Shown here: positions 1 to 11,272 of the stretch, in pieces
Position numbering within the stretch: position 1 is the first letter of the stretch
Layout: each line of letters starts with the position of its first letter
From: Felis catus
Taxonomy: Eukaryota
Length of the DNA stretch: 64,000 nt
Assembly: GCF_018350175.1 (NCBI RefSeq)
Contig: NC_058368.1
Span: forward strand, 99,264,001 to 99,328,000
Direction: 5' to 3'
Made by a program: the position numbers and the translations under genes
Notes under the pieces: model-generated
Told to the model about the DNA's origin: nothing
Database searches by the model: none
What the model saw: only the letters and a program-made list of their open reading frames with translations

Positions 1-26
1 AAGTTGGCCAAGATCTTGAGGTCAAG
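1..26 (+). CDS. Candidate 3' end of a coding exon of an unidentified host gene (frame 1 KLAKILRS(R*), or frame 3 VGQDLEVK)
   Basis: AAG|GTGAGC donor consensus at 26/27 followed by T-rich intron-like sequence; frame 1 reaches TGA at 28-30 if the donor is not used. Only 26 nt visible. Confidence 0.3.
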
Positions 27-363
27 GTGAGCAACTTCTTCAGCTGTTCATGATCTTTTTCTAAGTTTTTCTGTTTTATGTGGTCCCCATCCTTTTTGGG
101 GCAAAGGTTATTTTTCAGATTTTAGTTTAGTGTAGTTACAGATTTTGGTAACTTTTTTCTTTAACATCTCATTCTTTTTCTTACTTTCTCCCAAACTTTG
201 AAAGGATAGTGTAGGAATTTGTGATGTAATGTTTTGCTCATTTTATTTACTGTCTAAACCATGAGTAAGTTCCTGCTTACTGGAAATAGGAACCAGGCAT
301 TTAAATAAGAATGAAATCAGTTTTTTTTTTAATTTGGGTTTTTGTTTCTGGTAGCTGTGATTT

Positions 364-397
364 AATAAACGCTTCTGTAAGAATAAACTTTAATAAA
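364..397 (+). terminator. Cluster of three AATAAA polyadenylation signals (candidate)
   Basis: AATAAA at 364-369, 382-387 and 392-397, outside any recognisable repeat tail; TGTA at 376-379. Confidence 0.3.
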
Positions 398-927
398 TTC
401 ATATAATTGGCATACTTTTGATGTACAATATTCATATCAGTTTACCTTGGGATATTATCTAAGATGCATTTGTGAATTTAGAGAAGGTACCTAAAGGGTG
501 TATTTGTTGCTATTAATAATGGTATAAGTTATATGCTAGAAAAGCAGCTCTCAGGGAAAAAGAAAGAAAAGATAGAAAAGAAGGAAGGAAAGAAAGAAAG
601 AGAGCAAGAAAGAAAGAAATAAAGGATGGCAAAGAACCTTAATTTGTGATTTGTAGTATTTAGCGATGTATGTGGTGTAAATATTTCACCATAGTGATTA
701 CAAATTAAAGTTACATCTTGTAGGACGTAGAAATCTGCTTTCACACATCACTGGCTTTAAGGACTCCTGACCTACATTCTGAGCCTAATAGAGAGCTATA
801 TAGGAGAAAAGCCCAGAGAAATTTGGATACATTTTTATACAGTGAGATTTTTTTCAATTTTTATTTCTCAATACCCTTTTGTTATTTTAAAACAAGCAAC
901 CCGAATATTTTAAACTAAAAAAAAATA

Positions 928-1130
928 TTTTTTTAATGTTTAGTTTATTTTTGAGAGACAGAGCCTGAGCAGGGGAGGGGCAGAGAGAGAGGGAGACACA
1001 GAATCTGAAGCAGGCTCCAGGCGCTGAGCTGTCATCACAGAGTCCGACGCGGGGCTCGAACTCACGGACCGCGACATCATGACCTGAGCTGAAGTCTGAT
1101 GCTTAACCGACTGAGACACCCAGGGGCCCC
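928..1130 (-). mobile_element. Can-SINE (SINEC)
   Basis: Reverse-complement tRNA-like head ending CAGGGGCCCC, (GA)n region and T-rich tail. Confidence 0.95.
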
Positions 1131-1134
1131 TAAA

Positions 1135-1349
1135 TTTTTTTTAATGTTTATTTATTTTTGAGAGAGAGATAGAGCAAGAGCAGGGGAGGGGCAGGGAGAG
1201 AGGGAGACACAGAATCTGAACCAGGCCCCGGGCTCCAGACTCCCAGCTGTCAGCACAGAGCCTGACACAGGGCTCAAACTCAAAAACCTTGAGATCATGA
1301 CCTGCGCTGATGTCAGACGCTTAACTGACTCAGCCCCCCAGGAATCGCC
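1135..1349 (-). mobile_element. Can-SINE (SINEC), tandem with previous
   Basis: Same head, body and tail architecture. Confidence 0.93.
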
Positions 1350-1414
1350 TGTATTTTTAAAAAATGGGCAGCTAGCAAACCTTTGCAAAGATGTTATCTT
1401 TATTAAAATGGGTA

Positions 1415-1573
1415 GGGGGTGCCTGGATGGCTCGATATCAGCTTGTCATGGTCTTGGATCGAGCCTCGTGTCAGGATCTGTGCTGGCAGCATGAAGCCTG
1501 CTTGGGAGTCTCTCGCTGTCTCCCTCTCTGCCCCTGTGGCCCTCTGCTCCCCCCCCCCAATAAGTAAACATTT
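1415..1573 (+). mobile_element. Can-SINE with internal deletions
   Basis: GGGGTGCCTGGATGGCTC head; TSD AAATGGG(T/C)AG on both sides. Confidence 0.88.
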
Positions 1574-2032
1574 AAATGGGCAGAAAACAAATATAATCTG
1601 ATCTAGGTGCAAACTCTATTTCTGTCTTCTGAGGCTCTTAACTATCTCAACATTCTTGAGCATGTATTATAGGTCAGATAAAAGCTGCTAGTGCCTTAAA
1701 TTTAGGATGTGCAGAAATTTGAGAGACACGCGAATTGTTTCTCAATTCTTAAATGCCAGAATTGAGGTATTTCCTAGAATTCTCATTTAAATTTTTTATG
1801 TTCATGGGTAAAAGTACTATTTACCACTGAAGACAAGTAGCTTTAGAATTGAATTCCAATTTTAATGGCATTTAAATAATTATAGTAATTATCTCAGTAA
1901 TGTTTTACCCCAAAATTTGAAAGCACATTAAAGATGTCAGTGAATGTAACAACATTCAGAAAAGGATTTTTAGGCTTTTAAAAATCATCCACCATATAGA
2001 AGATTTTACTTATTTTATAGTATAATTTGGAT

Positions 2033-2259
2033 TAGTGGTGGCAAACAATGGCCTGTAGGCCAAATCTGGCCTACCGTTGGCTTCTGTGAATAAAGTTTTA
2101 TTGAAAGACAACCTTATGCATTTGTTAAAAATCATCTAAAGCTACTTTTGCACCCAAATGAAAGGATTAAGTACACATAGTTGTAACGGAGAATGTGTGG
2201 CCTATAAAGCCTAAAATATTTATTGTGTAGCTGTTTACAGAAAACTCTGATGACTCCTG
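2033..2259 (+). mobile_element. MER58A-like hAT-Charlie MITE
   Basis: GGCAAAC...GGCCAAATCTGGCC...AATAAAGTTTTATTG...AAAGCCTAAAATATTTA...TTTACAGAAAA...CCTG follows the recalled MER58A consensus; ATCTAGAA target-like flank. Confidence 0.85.
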
Positions 2260-3539
2260 ATCTAGAAGCCACAAGAACTAAATAATAGACATTAGAATAT
2301 TTCATTTGATTTATTTTATGACTTCTTATTTCCATTGCAATAATGGGTGATCCATTAATAGCTTTACAAGGAATTTGGGGTGTTTTCACTCTATATTCAG
2401 AGATTTCAGCTTTTACATAACACATGTTTAGAAAAGTATAGCTATTTTCAGTACAATTATCCATAATTATTTTAAGGACTAAACCTGTTGTGTCCTTGTC
2501 CCCAACACAAAGGTATTTTCTCTAAGTTACTTGGCCAATTCATTGCAGTGAGGTTTTACCAAAATCAAAATATACTGGTTGGATTCTAGTATTTTTTTTT
2601 TTTTAAGATGCAGAATTGAAGCATGAGATTATACCATGATTTTCAGGAATTTAACCTAAACTTTTAGTCTGGGCTAATAGAGAATGCCAGTATGCATATC
2701 CATTCAGCACCTGCATTGCAAAAGGGAGAAGTTTTTCTGTGGTTTCTTGTGGTCTCCTTTGCCCTCTTCACAGTCAATTTTAGAAGGCACCCTTGGAATT
2801 CACATTTATAAGACTGGGAAGTTTGGGCCTCACGTTTTCTCTGGGCACGTCAGGAAAAGTATGTAGACCCCTTTATTTCAACCATTCCCCCTCCCCCCAA
2901 CTGATCCTTTTCACACTGAATACACATTTGGGCCAACTTCTCTGATTTTATTGTTTTCACCTAGTGCCTAAATTGGAGAATATATGGTAGATGCTGTTAG
3001 AAAAAACAAAGTATCTGTGACCATTCTAACTCCATCCTCAAAAGGTTAACAGGCTTTCTGTTGATTTTAGGAGATAGGAGATAACTAATAATATGGGGTA
3101 GCAAATGATACATGGTCAATGAGAGAAGCTATTCACTAATTCATAGGGCAGAAGGATCAATTTATAGCAGCTTCAGAGAGGAGATAAGACCTAATTAAAA
3201 GCGAGTTGTAAGTTGTTTTGACTTCAACATTCTTTGAGTGGAACTAGTAATAATAATGAAGCTTAGTATTGTCACTTTCCTGTTTAGAATTCTTGAGCCA
3301 GATAATCTGCTATGTATTGCTTTATTTATTTTTGTATTCTGGTTTGTTCCTGTGCTGTTATTGTCTAGCTTTGTCATCTTTATTCCCAAATAATACCCTT
3401 GAGGATAAAAACTTATTTATGAAACTTATTTTCACATGACATTACAAACAAATATCCATGTGATAAACTGATGTGTGCAAACAGTGAAATGGCATAAAAA
3501 GGTCTATATTTGGCATCATTAGTTTGGAAGAGGCTTTGT

Positions 3540-3960
3540 GTCCTATTGTGTTATTAGCATTAGCCACGCCATAGTGATACATAGACACGAACTGGTTGTA
3601 GGCTCAAGCACAAAAATAATTCTCATTTGCAAAAATAGCACAGCACAAGTGTTACTGGTTGACCATTGGCTGTTCTCCACTGGTCCTTCAAGATGGCTCC
3701 CTCCATCTTGTGGATTCCTCATCTCCCATGCAGTCAATGCTTTCTGCCTCTAGTAAGAAGAATGGGGAAAGACTAAAGAGGGCTCTGAACTGCTTCTTCT
3801 AAGTCTTCCACAGAAATGGTACTCATCACTTCTTCTCACATTATGTTGGCCAGGACTCTGCCACACAACCATGTTGATGTGTGAGGCAGGCTGCAAATGC
3901 TTTTCAATTGGATGCCCAGGAAGTAGAGAAAGTGCATCTGTGGTAAAAAGGCACAAGTTT
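3540..3960 (-). mobile_element. MLT1-family (ERVL-MaLR) LTR, old
   Basis: CAGAAATGGTACTCATCACTTCTTCTCACATTATGTTGGCCAGGACT and TGCCCAGGAAGTAGAG resemble antisense MLT1I/J. Confidence 0.7.
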
Positions 3961-4160
3961 CTTCCTCAGCCAACATTGAAGCAGCCCATTTTTCAAGATA
4001 AATCTCTGCAGTTATACCATTTTCTCTGACAAATACCTGTTCTCTAGATGCTTCTGAGACAGACTAAGCTTGAGTTGACAGCCACTTAATAGCTTTCAAA
4101 GCTTCTGCTGAAAGAAATACTATTTCTGGAGAATTCTGTACAAATATTCCTTGCCTCTAG

Positions 4161-4380
4161 GGTGGTCTTCTTAATCAGGGCTGATTTTGCCTTCCCCACA
4201 GGGGACATGCGGCAACGTTTAGGTACCTTTTAGTTTGTCACAGTGGGGAGAGTGGGGTTACTGACATCTAGTGGGTAGAGGCCAGAGAGGATAATAAATA
4301 TCCTTGAATGCCCAGGACACCTCCCCACAACAAATAAATATCAGGCTGAAAATATTAAGAGTCAAGAAATGGGAAAACTG
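4161..4380 (+). mobile_element. MER20 hAT-Charlie MITE
   Basis: GATTTTGCC...CAGGGGACAT...CATCTAGTGGGTAGAGGCCAG...CCCCACAACAAA diagnostic motifs. Confidence 0.88.
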
Positions 4381-4924
4381 TAATTGGATTTTATTATGAT
4401 GCATTGATACATTGTATACACTGTATTATATTACTCATTGGTTTATATACTGAGGTGATACCTTTAGACTTTATTGATGGTTGTTGGAAGCAACTGTGCA
4501 GTTTATCCCAACATCTATTATAATGTAGATACAATACATAGTGTTAATTCCTTGAGGAGTTGTAGCAACTCTATCAAAAATAAAACTGGGAACAGTTATT
4601 TATTCCTTATAGATACTCATATGAGATTAATCATATTTCACCTTTTTTTTTTTGGCTGTAGAAACTTGAGAGTCAAGTATGTATTTTCCTCTAAATGGGG
4701 AAAGGAGTTATGGCATATGACTGTGTGGGTTTAATCCCTGGCTTTTTCTCTACCCCCTTCATTCATTCTCTGTCTCTCTCTCTCCTACTTACCTGGATTT
4801 ACATTATTTTCTGTACAGTTTTGTCACTTTAAATCATTTTCTTACTCACTTTAAGTGTATTTTATCAGGTAATATTTTTCATTTATTTTAAAATATAGAT
4901 GAGTTAACTAAAAACATAATAACA

Positions 4925-5131
4925 GGGGCGCCTGGGTGGCTCAGTCGGTTAAGCATCTGACTTTGGCTCAGGTCATGATCTCACAGTTCATGGGTTCGAA
5001 CCCCGCGTGGGCCTCTGTGCTGACAGCTCAGAGCCTGGACCTGCTTCTGATTCTGTGTCTCCTTCTCTCTCTGCCCCTCCCCTCTTTGTACTCTGTCTCT
5101 CTTTCAAAAATAAATAAAAACATTTAAAAAA
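4925..5131 (+). mobile_element. Can-SINE
   Basis: GGGGCGCCTGGGTGGCTCAGTCGGTTAAGC head, CT-rich region, A tail. Confidence 0.95.
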
Positions 5132-5540
5132 TGAAATAATAAAAAAGGAGGCCCATTCTTAAAACATTTGCATTTCTCCATAAATAATAGCTACTGTGAA
5201 TTGGCTTGTTTAATATTCCATGGTGTATAGAAGGGTCAAGAGATGGGAAGAACTGGATACAATCAATGATTTGATTTCAGACATAGTCAAAGTGGTAAAG
5301 TGGGATCTAGAAATACTCACCTGGTTGGTTGCAGATACATTTTCCAGTTGTGTAGAAATTAGGAACATATGCCCCCAAATGACTCCAAAACCAATAGCCT
5401 CCTACCCCAATCAATTATTTCACTCATTTTATTGAGTGAAATATCCAAGCTTCAATCAAGGTCGATATTTACTTGAATTTTCATCTCAGAGCATAAGATA
5501 CTCTTTAGAATGCACCAAATTAAGTTAAATGTCTTTTTTA

Positions 5541-5747
5541 AAAACTTTTTATTTGTCTGTTTAATATGGGAGAGAGAGAGCAAGTGGGGAGGGGCAGAGG
5601 AAAAGGGAGAGAGAGAAGGCCAAGCAGGTTCCTTAGCCCAGAAGCCCATGCAGGGCTTGGATTCATGAACTGTGCAGGGCTGAAGGTCATGACCTGAGTC
5701 GAAATTAAAGAGTTGAGTGCTTAACCAACTGAGCCACCCAGTCACCC
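5541..5747 (-). mobile_element. Can-SINE
   Basis: About 20-bp TSD TA(A/G)GTTAAATGTCTTTTTTA at 5521 and 5748. Confidence 0.93.
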
Positions 5748-6034
5748 TAGGTTAAATGTCTTTTTTAACATACATTCTTACATCGTCATAATTACCAGAT
5801 AGTTTCTCAACATTCTCTGGAGTAGCTGATTTTTCAGTCTCTTCTCCAAAATTCCATGGACTTATATAACCTGATGAATTATTGAATGTATGTATGGCTA
5901 TACAAATACAAATATTTTTAAGCTCTTCATGATTCACTGTTTCATTTAAATCCAAGGGCTATTTTCAAAATGTTCTGGGTTTTATTTAAAAAAACACAAG
6001 CTGTCTTTTGAGGTATTTATATAGATTTTAAACT

Positions 6035-6290
6035 AAAATTCACAAACTGGCAGGCTGTTTTCTTTGGCCTGAATGGCACTTTAATTTTTTAAATTATTTG
6101 ATATCTTTCAAAATTGACATATTTCTGGCAGGATAATCAGATATGTTAGGGCTTGTATTTCCAGATGGCATCAATCAAACTAAAATGAATCATACCTGCC
6201 CGCTTTCCATGTAACCACAGGCAAACTCTGCCAAGTTCACTTATTTCATTACCTTGCTGGCCTCTGAAGATAGCTCTTCTTGTGACTCAC
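6035..6290 (+). mobile_element. MER102-like hAT-Charlie element
   Basis: TCACAAACTGGCAG start, TTCCAGATGGCATCAATC core and TTACCTTGCTGGCCTCTG...TGTGAC end resemble MER102. Confidence 0.6.
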
Positions 6291-6920
6291 TCCTCACCCC
6301 CATGATCACAGATTTAAGAATGGCAGATAAATTTTGAGTACTGAATCCTGGATCCTGATTACTTCAGGCCTTCATGTGAGTACTGGTGAGTGCTGGAGCC
6401 ATACCATGGAGATCTGTGATTCTATTTCTGACTTTTCTGCAGTATCTGTAATTTTCAGCCTGGGATTAGTTGGCTCAGTTCCCCAAGATGCCTAAAAAAT
6501 ACATCTTTCCAGCTTTACACGGCACATTCTCTCTCTCTCTCTCCATGTTTCTCTCTCAGAATTAACATCGACTAAATGAGAGTGAAGCTCCGAAGATGCT
6601 AGGTGGCCTCGGATCATGAATCTTTTTGCCTTTTTGTAGAAAGTTCAGAAAACATCCTGGAAAATATCTCTAGAGAGCTCAGAGAAGAGTGGACAGCTAT
6701 TGCTGAGGGGGAGGGTAGGGAGTTGAGATTGATGAGAACTTTGTGGCCAAATCATTGGGCAGATTCTAAATAAGATGACTTGATTTTCCTTATATCTTGT
6801 CTACACATTCAAGGAGACCATCACTTCAAGAGAATATATAACATGCAAGATTGCAAAACCTGATAAACTAAAAACAAAACAAAACAAAACAAAACTGATG
6901 GCTGTTTAAAATGAAATCCA

Positions 6921-7094
6921 GGGGCATCTGGGTGGCTCACTCAGTTGGTTGAGCGTCTGACTTCGGCTCAGGTCATGATCTCATGGTTCGTGGGTGTGAG
7001 CCCCATGTGGGACTGTATGCTGACAGCTCAGAGCCTGGAGCCTGCTTCAGATTCTGTGTCTCCCTCTCACTCTTCCCCTCCCCTGCTTGCGATG

Positions 7095-7132
<38 letters not shown>

Positions 7133-7164
7133 AAATATAAACACTAAAAAAATTAAAAAAAAAA
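6921..7164 (+). mobile_element. Can-SINE
   Basis: Head, (CT)n and A tail. Confidence 0.95.
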
Positions 7165-8829
7165 GAATTGAGAGAGTTTATCATAGTGGTCTACATACAC
7201 AAAATGTGCTGGTATAAAAGTGAGGATATGAAATGAAAGATACAGAAGATGGAATCTTGTAATAAGCACCCAGACAGTAGTGATGGCCACCAGCAGAAGA
7301 AGGGTGTGTGGTATCCCAGGCCTCAAGATGGGCACCCACCTCTAGATGCCACCCATCAGTGGGTTCCAGGGGAGAGCTGTCAGCAGGAACTACCTCCCCA
7401 CTCACCCCAGCCAGTATCTTGACCTCTTCAGGTGGAGTATCAGTGGAGAGGAAAGCCGCAGGGAGGGGACCCCGAGTATAAAGAGACTGGATCCTCTCTC
7501 CATCCCACCAAAAAGAGACATGTAGTGTATTTAAGTGCCAATTCAATAAGACCATATCTTATTCTGACTCTTTAGCATAAACTAGTGACATAACATCAAA
7601 GTGAAATTACGATAAGTCATGCTTTAGATGACTGAGAGAATGCCAGTCTTGCCCTGGGGTGATCTGAATCAGTATAAGGTAGACTACTTCAAGCTGTCCA
7701 CTTTTAATGTGGTTTCTCTCAGCTGAGCCTTGGAAAAGGTGGAATGGCTGGTGAATGGAGGAGAACAGTTCTTCTACTGAGTGAACACCCACACCTCCTC
7801 CACAGTTGATTGACTATGGTTGAGATCAGTGGTCCCTTGTGAGAGCTCAAGGCCAACAAAGGTTCATGCTTAATTAAGATCATGTCAACTCTACACTGAG
7901 TGGAAGTGTAGGGTTGGTATTCCCCTTAAGCAGTTGTTTAGAATTTGCCTAAATACAGAGATAAATTTATGATAAAAGTTATAGAAGTCTTTGTCATATG
8001 ACATGCCGGTAATATTTCCATCTGGAGAACGATATTAAAGTAATTATAGACATGTATCTGCTTCTCTGAAGCTCCCATAGAATGCCTGTCAGAACTGCTA
8101 ATCTTTGTTGCACTCAGCAGATAAATTGTTTGCAAGGTATACGCTAGGGTAATAATACCACCACCAAAACTAATATTAAAATTAATTCTTAATATCCAGA
8201 AGCATCTATCAGAAGTAATTAGATTTTGTATTCTTCCTTGATGAAATAATTACCTGGGTAGAAGCATCAGTCTCAGCCATTTCTCATTTTAGAAAATGAT
8301 ATCATATCATCTGTTAATAAATGAGTGTTGATGTTCTTTTTTCCTGATAATGGGATGGCAGCTACCCAGTGGATCTAAAATGGTCTATTAAATTATGGAG
8401 AGAACAAAATGAAAGTATAGGGAAACATTGGTGAGATTTACAAGTATTGAAGTCCATTCAAAATCCTTTGTAAAAGCCATTCTAATGTGAAAATAAAGTT
8501 CATACACACTTTCTCTTAAGAGGAATAGAAGAAATATTGTAACCTCTTAGAAAGTGCTTATTGCACATCCAGGATTTAGTATCTTAACTTTTTGGTTATT
8601 TTGAAAGGCATAAAAATCTTAATAGAACTTAGTTCTTAACCTGTTGTTTAGTTTGTTTGCTTAGTTCAGAGTTCATAGCCCTAATGATCTTGAATGCTTT
8701 GTGACCCAGTCCAGCAAATCTTTATCAAGCTTCCAGATTCAAGTTACCATGTCAGTTAAACAGCTGAATAAGATGAGTAAGTCATGAGTTTTCCTTCTCA
8801 GCAAACAGAATAAGCCTCTCCAACTTGAT

Positions 8830-9055
8830 GGCTCAGATCATAGGTCCTGTAGTCAGACTGCCTGGTTTCACATCTGACCTGTCCCATTTAACTGTTTTAT
8901 TTGACTTTGGCAAAGTAGTAGATGTCTCTGGTTTCAATGTCCTTGTCAAACAATGAGGACAGTACTGCTTTCCTCGTAAGACTGGCATAAGGATGAAATG
9001 AGGTAATCCCTGCAAAGCCCTTAGTAAATATTCAACTGTTGATTATTAATTATTC
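8830..9055 (+). mobile_element. MIR
   Basis: AGTCAGACTGCCTGGTTTCACATCTG...TGACTTTGGCAAAGT...AGGATGAAATGAGGTAAT...AAAGCCCTTAG core. Confidence 0.75.
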
Positions 9056-10115
9056 CTATTTTTGTTGTTAGTGACATTTTGCAGACAGCCTTCCATGCTT
9101 TATGAGAGTGCACAGCATTTCCCAGAGGTCCAGTCACATAAACCAAACTCTTAAGAATTGTGAAGAAAAACAAATGACGCTTCAGGATATATGATGTGAA
9201 ATGTAGCTCTCAAACAGGCTGGAATATCAGTCTTTGCCTGACTAACCTATCAGATCATGGGAAGGCACATAGACTCACCTTGCGTGCTTGGTGAAAGCCA
9301 TCTTTCAAATATGTAAGTTTTAGGCTTACAGATGTAAACATCTCCTAGTTTAAGAGAGTCATCATTTCTCCAATGAGATAGAAATGGTCAGGGTCCCTTG
9401 CCTAAAGTTACCTTTCTTCCAGATTGTGATTAAATGGACACTGCCATTATTTGCTTCAATCACTCAGATCTTTCTAGTACTGCTTAGCTCATCGTCTCTC
9501 TTCCCACTTCCCCTCCCAAAGAATGCAGCCCTTTTTAGGCTGCTGAAGACACAGCTGGGTTACAAATAGAAACTCTTGGTCTATCCAGTGCCTTCAATAT
9601 GCCTTGGGATTTATCACTTAAATTATTTGGTGTGATTTTTAAAACTTAATAGTTCAGAGAGAGTCTCAATTGAGTGTCCCTCAGTAGTTTGCAAGCAGAA
9701 ACAATAATGATCATGGATGGGAAGTAGGGAAAGGGTAAAAATCAGTACAGATTTCCATTTAGTTTGCATTTCCAATTGGGAGATCAAGAAAATGTTTTTA
9801 ACATTATGTAAGAAAAAGTCAAATGACTCTCTGAAAGTACTAGCAATATAGCCCAGATTTTCATTATTTTATAACACACTTGTTTGCCTTACTGCCTTCA
9901 GAGACATTAAGAGAATGTTCCTAAAAAAGCAATTTCAATGAAAGATCTATTAAAATGTAAACATGAGGAACTTTCATATTGTTGCACCTAGAAAGATAAG
10001 TATGTTTTGAACTGAAGTGAGTAAATAAGCTCTGATATGTTTACTGTTGCCTGTTAGGTGAAAGATCTCTCTTCTCTTTGACTCTATATGAAAACAGGTG
10101 TGCATTTGACTATAA

Positions 10116-10123
10116 ACACACAT

Positions 10124-10157
<34 letters not shown>

Positions 10158-10165
10158 AACACATA
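10116..10165. repeat. (CA)n microsatellite with a (CG)n core
   Basis: Directly visible; perfect palindrome TGTGCGCGCGCGCACA at 10123-10138. Confidence 0.9.
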
Positions 10166-10759
10166 TGTATGGAATGACACAAATTATACACACTTTGTGA
10201 TATACACAAAGGTTGATTTCATGCTTTCAAAAAAACTGGTTTTTATTTTGTAGACCTGTTGATCCTAATGAATAGGACTCAGGTAATTGGTCACATTTTG
10301 CTGTATTAGGAAAGAAGTCTCATATAGGAATCCTCAGCTTAAATTGTTCATCGGCTGCTTACAATGGATAGTCTTACGTGCAGATGAAAAAAGCACCATG
10401 TCACCTGGGACAGACTCTAACACAGACCAAGATAGAGACCCTGTTGATCCTGCATGGTCTCCTGTATTTCTCCCTATGTTTCTCTTCCTAGTGAAATTAA
10501 TAAAAGGACCCTTAACATGAAAACTGTATCTGGCTTTAAATATGTAAAACCAATAGCAACTGTAAATATGGCTTTAATTAATTTATTGAAATATATTCAG
10601 GATTTAATGCAGTTGGAGAGCTTAGATTGGCTCTCTGGTATCTTTTAATAAGGGAAGACAGATAAATATCCTTCATATTATCTAAATATGAGGAACAAGG
10701 AAGCAAATGCCAAGAGGTGATACATCATAGCAATCACAATTATTATTATAATAATAGGA

Positions 10760-10985
10760 TAATAGGTAACTTCCATTCATGTGTCCTCTATGCTGGGTAC
10801 TCCTCCAAACATTTTTGTATGTACTAATTTAATTTCTCCCAGTCATGCTGTGATGAAAGTTATGTTACAGTTGTTATTAACATATTAGGAATCCAAGGCG
10901 CAGGAAGGTGCTGCCATTTTTTGCCCAGGATTACACATCTGCTAAGTGACCAAACACCCATTATGTAATCAGGAAGTCTGGCTAG
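10760..10985 (-). mobile_element. MIR
   Basis: TTGCCCAGGATTACACATCTGCTAAGTGAC antisense MIR core. Confidence 0.65.
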
Positions 10986-11005
10986 TGAAATCAGTAAGTT
11001 GTGAG

Positions 11006-11013
<8 letters not shown>

Positions 11014-11047
<34 letters not shown>
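11014..11047. repeat. (CA)n microsatellite
   Basis: Directly visible. Confidence 0.95.
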
Positions 11048-11049
<2 letters not shown>

Positions 11050-11059
11050 ATATTTTAAA

Positions 11060-11272
11060 TTTCTTTTTAAATGTTTAATTATTCTTGAGAGAGACAGAGA
11101 CAGAGTGCAAGCAGGGGAGGGGCAGAGAGAGAGGGAGACCCAGAATCTAAAGCAGGCTCCAGGCTCTGAGCTGTTAGAACAGAGTCCGACGCGGGGCTTG
11201 AACTCACAAAGCGGGAGATCATGACCTGAGCCAAATTCGGACATTTAACTGATTGAGCCACCCAGGTGCTCC
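11060..11272 (-). mobile_element. Can-SINE
   Basis: Typical antisense SINEC. Confidence 0.95.

Noticed and set aside
1713..1749. Hairpin TTGAGAGACA/TGTTTCTCAA with 7-nt loop
   Set aside because: Too short for a pre-miRNA and expected by chance in 64 kb of AT-rich DNA.
4925..5010. tRNA-like sequences (A/B boxes) here and at all SINE heads
   Set aside because: They are Can-SINE heads followed by CT tracts, A tails and TSDs, not tRNA genes.
7181..7555. 124-aa minus-strand ORF
   Set aside because: No recognisable domain or splice context; probably a by-product of locally higher GC.
10302..10517. Short TG...CA segment with AATAAA near its end, plus repeated CCTGTTGATCCT (10256, 10440)
   Set aside because: LTR-like but only about 215 bp, with no TSD and no family match I can support.
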